This document shows positions 1 to 5,468 of a DNA stretch of 5,468 bases, in pieces. A model generated the notes under the pieces. The model did not search any database, was not told the origin of the DNA, and saw only the letters and a program-made list of their open reading frames with translations. The stretch comes from Candidatus Wukongarchaeum yapensis (GTDB taxonomy: Archaea > Asgardarchaeota > Wukongarchaeia > Wukongarchaeales > Wukongarchaeaceae): contig JAEOSI010000158.1 of NCBI GenBank assembly GCA_016840425.1, positions 1 to 5,468 on the forward strand. Reading direction: 5' to 3'. Made by a program: the position numbers and the translations under genes. Positions within the stretch are counted from its first letter, which is position 1. Each line of letters starts with the position of its first letter.

Positions 1-850
1 CAAGACTTGGATTGAGTATCGGGATCGGTATTCCTAGCCCCACGTAGAGTGTTGTACCATACTTTGTGAAACATGCTCCCCTTATGTATTCAGTACTCAT
101 TTTTTTAGCGTCTCCTTTGACCATTATTGTGCCAAAACCTTTCTTTGGGTCGTGCTGAGTTCCTTCACCGATAACGTATCCCTGAGTTCCTCCTAAGAAT
201 ATTCTTGTTCCTAAGCCTATTATTTCGTAGTCTGGATCATTGGATAAGGGTGACAGAACGCCTGATCCTGAAAAAGTAGCATTTCCGTAGTTCGCCAGTA
301 GTTTTCCCATATAGGTGTAAATAGTCTTATCTGTGCCGTTAGTTGCCGCATTATATTTTTGGTAAGCGTTCCTAAAATTAAGGAGGATAAACTGGTTCAG
401 GTCGTCTTTTGTTATTTCTATTTTCAACCGGGTTCTTGGATAACAATCTGTTCCGTAACCTATTGACCTTAACTCCACTTCTTTCTCAGCAATGAGGTCT
501 TCTATGACGTGACCTCCCCCGTATTCAAAAGGTCTTGTTTCACTCATCTGGGTTGCTCCAATGTACAGATCTACCGCTGCCCCTGGATGACTTACTTTTA
601 CATCGTTTATCCACGCTCTATCAATCTTTATCGGAGGGTCTGAATGACCAAGGTTTATCATCGCTCCTGAACTACACATGGCTCCAAAGGTTCCTGTAGT
701 CACTACATCAACCTCTTTTACGGCTTCATCTGCTTCTAATTCCCTGACTATTTCAACCATTTCTTCAGCGGTTACAACGTTTATGTTGCCTTCACGAATC
801 TTCTCATTTATTTCATCGTATGTTTTTATTTTTTCATACTCTTGACTCAA
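1..850 (-). CDS. L-aspartate semialdehyde sulfurtransferase / homocysteine biosynthesis protein (DUF39, COG1900; MA1821/MJ0100 family), 3' end outside window
   Basis: Manual translation, no stop from 850 to the edge: MSQEYEKIKTYDEINEKIREGNINVVTAEEM...VDVVTTGTFGAMCSSGAMINLGHSDPPIKI...AAVDLYIGAT...YGGGHVIEDL...GYGTDCYPR...NFRNAYQKYNAATN...TIYTYMGKLL...GTRIFLGGTQGYVIGEGTQH...YVGLGIPIPILN. These are characteristic DUF39 blocks. TTG start at 850, GGTGGT SD 7 nt upstream, in-frame TGA just upstream. Cys59 and Cys136 are present. Confidence 0.95.
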   Translation of the reverse strand, partial: MSQEYEKIKTYDEINEKIREGNINVVTAEEMVEIVRELEADEAVKEVDVVTTGTFGAMCSSGAMINLGHSDPPIKIDRAWINDVKVSHPGAAVDLYIGATQMSETRPFEYGGGHVIEDLIAEKEVELRSIGYGTDCYPRTRLKIEITKDDLNQFILLNFRNAYQKYNAATNGTDKTIYTYMGKLLANYGNATFSGSGVLSPLSNDPDYEIIGLGTRIFLGGTQGYVIGEGTQHDPKKGFGTIMVKGDAKKMSTEYIRGACFTKYGTTLYVGLGIPIPILNPSL

Positions 851-912
851 GTATATTACCACCAATCATATTTTAACAATATTTTTATAGCTTTAAAGGA
901 ATAATATTCATA

Positions 913-933
913 CTTTATAAATCTTTCATAAAG
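913..933. promoter_or_regulatory. Self-complementary TATA-like box TTTATAAA (914-921) within an imperfect inverted repeat in the divergent promoter region
   Basis: CTTTATAAA-tct-TTCATAAAG (arms match 8/9). It lies between the divergent starts at 850 and 988/1024. Confidence 0.4.
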
Positions 934-1023
934 CCTCTAACATCCCTAAAAAAGAGAAAATAACAAAAAATGTATCCATTTATTTAAATGTTTCAAAACA
1001 TCATAAAAATAGGCGTAATACCC

Positions 1024-1785
1024 ATGAAATCTAAAAAAATAGAATACAAAAAAAGTCACGTGTTCTCTAAAAGATACCAATACAAAGAGACAAAGGGAAT
1101 AATAAAAGGTTCAAGCCTCCGCGCAATCGATCACGCCATAAACACAATAATCAAAGAAAGAAGGATTTTAGACTCATATGCTGAAATAAATCCGGAATTT
1201 GTTTCGGCTCTAACACCTCTAAACCTTAGACCTGATGCGCCCCGATCTGCCCGTCTTATGTATACTGCAACGAAACCTTTTGGCATCGGTCCCATGGCTG
1301 CGGTAGCAGGAGTTTTAGCGGATATTGGTCTTGAAGCTATGGAAAAAAAGGGTGCGAAGTTTGGCTTGGTAGAGAATGGTGGAGAACTTTGCGCTTTCGG
1401 CGATCATGAGTTCGTTATCGGGGTGTATGCAGGTCCCAGCTCATCTTTAAGCGGTAAAATAGGTTTTTTAATCACGGGAGACGATCTTCCTTTAGGTTTG
1501 GGTAACAGTTCATGGTTCGGAAGGGGAAGGATTGGAAAAGCGGATGCCTGCATAGTTTTTGCAGAAAATGCTGGTATCGCTGACGGAGCAGCCACCACTA
1601 TAGGTCTAAAAGTTAAAGGAAACGAAGAAAAAACTTCAATAGAAACCGCTTTAAAATACGGTGAATGTTTTTCAATGATTCGAGGCATCTTAATAATAAG
1701 GGGAGACCACATAGGCACTACAGGAAAAATCCCAAAAATAGTTCAAACAATTCCAAGAGAAGTAGATGCCTATCTAGGCATATAA
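1024..1785 (+). CDS. UPF0280 / COG2122 ApbE-like protein (MA1715 family, linked to sulfide assimilation)
   Basis: Family motifs RYQYKET near the N terminus, GIGPMAAVAG (1282-1311), VENGGE (1369-1386), GKADA and ADGAAT. ATG 1024 (253 aa) is preferred because AGGCGT lies upstream and homologs start near the Y-K-E-T motif; ATG 988 is the alternative. Confidence 0.9.
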   Translation: MKSKKIEYKKSHVFSKRYQYKETKGIIKGSSLRAIDHAINTIIKERRILDSYAEINPEFVSALTPLNLRPDAPRSARLMYTATKPFGIGPMAAVAGVLADIGLEAMEKKGAKFGLVENGGELCAFGDHEFVIGVYAGPSSSLSGKIGFLITGDDLPLGLGNSSWFGRGRIGKADACIVFAENAGIADGAATTIGLKVKGNEEKTSIETALKYGECFSMIRGILIIRGDHIGTTGKIPKIVQTIPREVDAYLGI

Positions 1786-1813
1786 ATACCTTATAAAACT
1801 TAAAAGAGACAAA

Positions 1814-1828
1814 TTTTTTCCACTTTTT
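1814..1828 (+). terminator. Putative archaeal oligo-T terminator of the UPF0280 gene
   Basis: TTTTTT (1814-1819) and TTTTT (1824-1828), about 30 nt after the TAA. Confidence 0.45.
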
Positions 1829-1962
1829 AATATCCTTATAATAGAACTTAATATCAATATCTTTTTGATTTAAAAAATCTCAATAATATAGTAAGTTAAA
1901 AAATTAGCTTGTTAAGATTGTTCGTTGTTTTTTTCCTTTAAATTATAAATGTGGGTGGGTAT

Positions 1963-3192
1963 ATGGCTAATGTAACAAAAGATGATGAGATTCCTGAAGG
2001 GTCTTGGGGAATCTTTCGTAGGCTCGATCGTTGTCCTGAAGAGCGTTGGGATTCTTTTCGTACCATAGTGGACCGTTATGGGGCTAAAGTAGGGCATAGG
2101 TCAATGATATCTCCGATTAGGGCCCAAAGACCTTTTGAGACCGTCTCCTCGGATGAGCCCTTATACACTCATCCTCCAGTTTCTGAAAGTAACGATGTTT
2201 TCTGCCGGATAGTGCGGGGTCTTCTTCCAGCCATAGTAGTAACAAAGGATAAAGAACCCTTCCAAGATCCCTATTCCACTACCCCCATTAAAGAATCCTT
2301 AGAGGAGTATAAAGCAGTTACCATAATAAACCTCTATTCCCCTTTCGCACGCGTGTTAAAGCCTCCTATTGAAGACACCGGAGAAAAAGATATTCCCTAC
2401 GGCATTCCTTTAGTGCATTTATTAACCAAACATTATGAACATATTGAACTTGTACCTGTAGAAGAACTAGCAGCTTTAATATCAACCACGGTAAGCTCTC
2501 TTAATTCGATCATATCTTATTTTGAAGATAAGTCAATTCCCTTTCTTTTATCCCAGTACACCTTCATGAATATAGGGGCCAGAGCAGGGGCAAGCATACC
2601 ACACCTCCACTCTCAAAGTTTTATAAACGTTAATGAGCACGGTCAAGGCTCAAAGGTGCAAAGCTTTCTTGTAGCCTTTGAAGAACAAAGAAAGGATAAT
2701 CCCATTTCCTGTTTAGGTTGTCATTATGCAAACAAGGATATAGAATCTGATTATCTCGGTCAAAAGTTACACATAGAAGAACGCGTAATAGAAGAGAATG
2801 AATGCTGGACCGCTTTAGCTGAATATGCCCCTGAAAGAGACGGCCACATAAGAATAATTCCAAAAAAACATGTCTCAACCTTAATCCAGTTAAATGACCA
2901 TGAAATACTACTCTTGGCAGATATTTTAAGAAAGGTGAACTGGGGCTTATCATATTTCATTAAAGATTTTGGTCCCCAGCTTAAAATATACTGGGATCGA
3001 AACATACTCTTAAGGCAACAGTTTGTAGGGTATGCTTCACCCTTGCATATGCTTATAGATATAATACCCGTGCAGATCGTTGGAGGCGCCGAAGTATTTA
3101 ATGATCATAGAGTGTGCAGTATTTTACCCGAAAAAACAGCAGAAATAATACATGAATACCTCAAAAGAAAACCCTTAGATTCTTGCCCCTAA
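1963..3192 (+). CDS. GalT-like HIT-superfamily nucleotidyltransferase (galactose-1-phosphate uridylyltransferase / ADP-glucose phosphorylase family); substrate uncertain
   Basis: Catalytic segment NIGARAGASIPHLHSQ (2569-2616; HxHxQ type). SMISPIRAQRP resembles the GalT N-terminal IAPERAKRP; CLGC at 2710-2721; IIPKKH; C-terminal GGAEVF...ILPEKTAE. ATG 1963 follows a GGGTGGG SD (409 aa); the track's GTG 1951 overlaps that SD. Confidence 0.85.
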   Translation: MANVTKDDEIPEGSWGIFRRLDRCPEERWDSFRTIVDRYGAKVGHRSMISPIRAQRPFETVSSDEPLYTHPPVSESNDVFCRIVRGLLPAIVVTKDKEPFQDPYSTTPIKESLEEYKAVTIINLYSPFARVLKPPIEDTGEKDIPYGIPLVHLLTKHYEHIELVPVEELAALISTTVSSLNSIISYFEDKSIPFLLSQYTFMNIGARAGASIPHLHSQSFINVNEHGQGSKVQSFLVAFEEQRKDNPISCLGCHYANKDIESDYLGQKLHIEERVIEENECWTALAEYAPERDGHIRIIPKKHVSTLIQLNDHEILLLADILRKVNWGLSYFIKDFGPQLKIYWDRNILLRQQFVGYASPLHMLIDIIPVQIVGGAEVFNDHRVCSILPEKTAEIIHEYLKRKPLDSCP

Positions 3193-3296
3193 ACCTTTAA
3201 AAGAAGAGGCAAAACTTAGACATTTTATCCTCATTTTGTTTCGTCAAAAGAGGCACAATTTATTAAAGATAGTTTGCCCAATTATTTCTTACCAAG

Positions 3297-3368
3297 GTCT
3301 GGGTTGGTAGGTGGTGATGGAAACTATCCCTAAAGGATAGGTTTACCATGACGCCTCATGAACAGGAC
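3297..3368 (+). other. Long imperfect hairpin with tandem GA/GA (K-turn/SECIS-like) core; candidate structured RNA
   Basis: Manual pairing: CTATCC/GGATAG (loop CTAAA), AAA/TTT, ATGG/CCAT, AGGTG/CGCCT, GTT/AAC, GTCT/GGAC. GTGAT (3314-3318) lies opposite TGAC (3349-3352). No folding energy or covariance model was run. Confidence 0.4.
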
Positions 3369-3714
3369 ACCATTATGCTCCTTCTCACAAAAAGTATGAA
3401 AGAAGGTTAAACGGTTTTTTTGAGGTTTTTGGTGAGATAGATCTCCGCCTAGAGCTCCGTTTAGACCCCTTAAAAACCAGCAAAAAAGGTTTTTTAAAAG
3501 ATAACCTCTCTTACACCATCATTTCCCCCCAGAAACTTAGACGTTCCTTTGAAGCCCTTTTACAAGACGTAGAAACCCACGAATTTACGAGTTTCAGCGG
3601 AAAAAACGACATTCCCTTGAACTTTTCGGCAATTACAAGATATGCGCTATAAAACCTGAGAAAATCGCCGAATTAATGGTAAAATATGCAGAAAACATCC
3701 ACAATTTTGTTTAA
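3316..3714 (+). pseudogene. Frameshifted relic of a paralog of the C-terminal half of the upstream GalT-like gene
   Basis: 3619-3687 ELFGNYKICAIKPEKIAELMVKY aligns without gaps to 3091-3159 EVFNDHRVCSILPEKTAEIIHEY (10/23 identical); stop TAA at 3712-3714. 3428-3553 (another frame) aligns without gaps to 2968-3093 (8/42 identical). Weaker matches are HE...LxK (3357-3392) and IPK (3326-3334). The 5' boundary is uncertain. Confidence 0.65.
3530..3660 (+). repeat. Degenerate tandem duplication (~70 nt unit) inside the relic
   Basis: 3530-3553 vs 3598-3621 match 17/24. TTACAAGA occurs at 3560-3567 and 3633-3640; AAACC occurs at 3573-3577 and 3652-3656. Confidence 0.55.
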
Positions 3715-3763
3715 AAACAAAAAACTCTAAGGCTTTCCCCCAAGTTTCTCCTTTTTCTTTTTT
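3713..3763. terminator. Convergent oligo-T terminators
   Basis: Plus strand TTTTTCTTTTTT at 3752-3763; minus strand TTTTTTGTTTTT at 3724-3713, about 40 nt after the MFS stop. Confidence 0.5.
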
Positions 3764-5010
3764 CAAGGAGATTTTATCGCATGATCTAAAAGCTTTTCTT
3801 CTTCTAAAAATCTTGTTTCTGGGAGCCTTGTTGCCGCGAGGGCAGCAAAAGTGACAAGGATGCCTATTAAAACCATGAAACCTTTCATGCCATAAGTGTC
3901 CAACGCTATTCCCCCAGAAAGAGGTCCTATTATCAATCCTGTTCCAAGGATCAGGCTGTATATGCCAAAACTTGTTCCCCGTGTCTGGTGTTCTGTTATG
4001 TCTGCAAGGTATGCTAGTATTGCTGGGGGAAAAGCTCCAGCTCCAAACCCTATTAGGAATACTACAGGCCAAATTGACCAAAGATCTCCTATATTTTCCC
4101 GATAATGGACTAAGAGGATGGCTAAAGCCCCAAAACAGAACAAGCCCACTATTATGAAAGGTTTTCTTTTTCCCGTAATATCTGAAGCCTTACCCATGAT
4201 TAAAAGGGAACTTATCAAGGCTATGCCTACAACACCTAATACTTTTATCGCAGCTCCGCTTGTTACACTGTCTCCCTCTTCTATTATGCGTTCTGTAAAA
4301 GTTATCACAAGACCGTAAATACATATCACAGGGATATAAACAGGAAGCAATTTTTTAATCCTTTTATCTTTAAGCACTGTTTGAAACATGTCCGTATATT
4401 TAGGCTTTTCTTTTCCCTCACCACCATAATCTACTTTCTTTGTTTCTTTGACAAAAAGTTGAACTATTACAACGCTTATAAGGACAACTAGTGTAGCGAT
4501 TAGAAAACAGTAGATAGGGTCAAATTCGTAAAAGTTTAGCAATACTACGCCGAAAATGTAGCCTGAAGCCAGTCCTCCAAGCGTAACTATGTCAAAAAGA
4601 CCCATGTTTTTAGCCCTGTCAGTTATCGTGGAATAGTCCGCTACAAGGGTCAAAGTGGAAGTAACTTTAGCAGCAGCTCCTACGCCAAAAATAGCCGTCG
4701 TCATACCTAACCATAAGAGATGATTTGTAATAATGAATAAAAATGCTGCCAAAGCAGTAAGACCATGGGCAAAAACAAGGATCGGCTTCCGTCCTTTTAC
4801 GTCAACTAAGACGCCGAAAAACATCACAGTCAAAAGCTCAGAGGCAGGATACATAGCCACTATGACCGCAAGAATAAACGCATCAGTATCTAAAAATTTT
4901 TTACTTCCAAGAACTGCTATGCAAAGAAAAGCAGCAGCTCTCATGACAAAAGTAGCAAAATAAAGGCTAAAAAGCTCTTTACTGATGAAAATAGATCTAA
5001 GAACTTGCAA
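3763..5010 (-). CDS. Major facilitator superfamily transporter (415 aa), substrate unknown
   Basis: About 12 hydrophobic segments in two halves with a charged central loop; motif A twice (GVLVDVKGRK, GKASDITGKRK); YLADITEHQTRGTSFG. TTG start at 5010 with a GAGGA SD 7 nt upstream and an in-frame TAA upstream; TGA stop at 3763-3765. Confidence 0.93.
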   Translation of the reverse strand: MQVLRSIFISKELFSLYFATFVMRAAAFLCIAVLGSKKFLDTDAFILAVIVAMYPASELLTVMFFGVLVDVKGRKPILVFAHGLTALAAFLFIITNHLLWLGMTTAIFGVGAAAKVTSTLTLVADYSTITDRAKNMGLFDIVTLGGLASGYIFGVVLLNFYEFDPIYCFLIATLVVLISVVIVQLFVKETKKVDYGGEGKEKPKYTDMFQTVLKDKRIKKLLPVYIPVICIYGLVITFTERIIEEGDSVTSGAAIKVLGVVGIALISSLLIMGKASDITGKRKPFIIVGLFCFGALAILLVHYRENIGDLWSIWPVVFLIGFGAGAFPPAILAYLADITEHQTRGTSFGIYSLILGTGLIIGPLSGGIALDTYGMKGFMVLIGILVTFAALAATRLPETRFLEEEKLLDHAIKSP

Positions 5011-5219
5011 CCAATATTCCTCTTTACACCGTTATTAATCTCATCTCTAATCTTGTGGATATTACGAGTCCCAGAATAGTTGGTCTAATTGCGCAAAAAA
5101 TTATCGCAAAAATCTCTAAAATAAGTTTTCCCTTCTCTTTCAATTTTATTAAGCCATCGCTTATTAAGATAACCCCGAAAATGGGTAGTTATTAAACTTT
5201 TTATAGCCGTTAATGTTTT

Positions 5220-5252
5220 ATGATTTTAAAACACTCAAGGTTTAAAAATGAT
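5220..5252. promoter_or_regulatory. Imperfect palindrome, candidate operator between the divergent MFS and DUF47-like genes
   Basis: ATGATTTTAAAAC-actcaag-GTTTAAAAATGAT; the arms match 11/13. The very AT-rich context lowers its significance. Confidence 0.3.
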
Positions 5253-5351
5253 TATAAAAATTTGTTTTTAGTTAAACCAATCTAAAAAATGAAAAAACGA
5301 AAAGGAAAAAAAATAGTTTTTGCAGGAAAAGATCAAGGATTGTGATGGTTG

Positions 5352-5468
5352 ATGTATCGTGCTTCAACATTTTCTTCTACGGAGGAACGCAGACTTTTAG
5401 AAATGGCTCAAGATCATATGAGGTTTGTTCTTCAAGCCGTTCGAGAACTAAGAAACTCGGTAGATCTA
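5352..5468 (+). CDS. 5' end of a probable DUF47 / TIGR00153 PhoU-like phosphate transport regulator, truncated by the window edge
   Basis: MYRASTFSSTEERRLLEMAQDHMRFVLQAVRELRNSVDL is open to the edge and follows an SD-like GTGATGG. The amphipathic helix E-x(2)-L-x-E-M-x(3)-H resembles archaeal DUF47 N termini. Only 39 codons are visible. Confidence 0.5.
   Translation, partial: MYRASTFSSTEERRLLEMAQDHMRFVLQAVRELRNSVDL

Noticed and set aside
988-1023. Longest-ORF starts ATG 988 and GTG 1951
   Set aside because: Downstream ATGs (1024, 1963) have better SD placement; 988 remains possible.
1404-1718. Minus-strand 104 aa ORF
   Set aside because: Antisense shadow of the UPF0280 gene with no recognisable motifs.
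1912-3005. Minus-strand ORFs 1912-2097, 2630-2953 and 2760-3005
   Set aside because: They overlap the well-supported GalT-like gene in antisense and lack family motifs.
3313-3357. Resemblance to a fluoride (crcB) riboswitch: GGTGATGG...ATGACGCCT
   Set aside because: Topology does not fit: no short P1 loop followed by a linker and P3, and no crcB/eriC gene downstream.
3348-3430. Programmed -1 frameshift joining MTPHEQ...KEG to the long downstream frame
   Set aside because: The A-run at 3389-3393 is not a correctly phased X XXY YYZ slippery site, and further frame switches would still be needed.
3317-3696. Recurring GAAAC/GAAAAC ends and AAACTTAGAC at 3212 and 3533 as a possible CRISPR array
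   Set aside because: No repeat of 23 nt or more at regular spacing and no cas genes.
3647-4963. ORFs 3647-4081 (-), 4733-4963 (+), 3896-4105, 3972-4157 and 4118-4318 (+)
   Set aside because: Alternate-frame or antisense overlaps of the MFS gene; no independent support.
5077-5089. TAGTTGGTCTAAT resembling a tRNA D-arm
   Set aside because: No T-arm (GTTCRA), anticodon arm or acceptor stem nearby.

Overview
AT-rich window that looks archaeal (GGTG/GGAG-type SD motifs, TATA-like boxes, oligo-T terminators, archaeal-type gene families); the lineage cannot be fixed from sequence alone. Left to right: (1) the 5' 283 codons of a minus-strand DUF39/COG1900 L-aspartate-semialdehyde sulfurtransferase (homocysteine synthesis, MA1821/MJ0100 family), absent from the ORF track (TTG start, runs off the edge); (2) a divergent UPF0280/COG2122 ApbE-like gene (MA1715 family) with an altered active-site loop; (3) a divergent GalT-like HxHxQ nucleotidyltransferase with no gal genes nearby; (4) a ~570 bp unannotated stretch holding a frameshifted relic of a second copy of the GalT-like C-terminal half, an internal ~70 nt duplication, and a long hairpin with a K-turn/SECIS-like GUGA...UGA core; (5) a convergent minus-strand MFS transporter; (6) a divergent AT-rich control region and the start of a probable DUF47/PhoU-like gene. 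No rRNA, tRNA, CRISPR array or transposase was seen. The unexplained signal is concentrated at 3193-3762.
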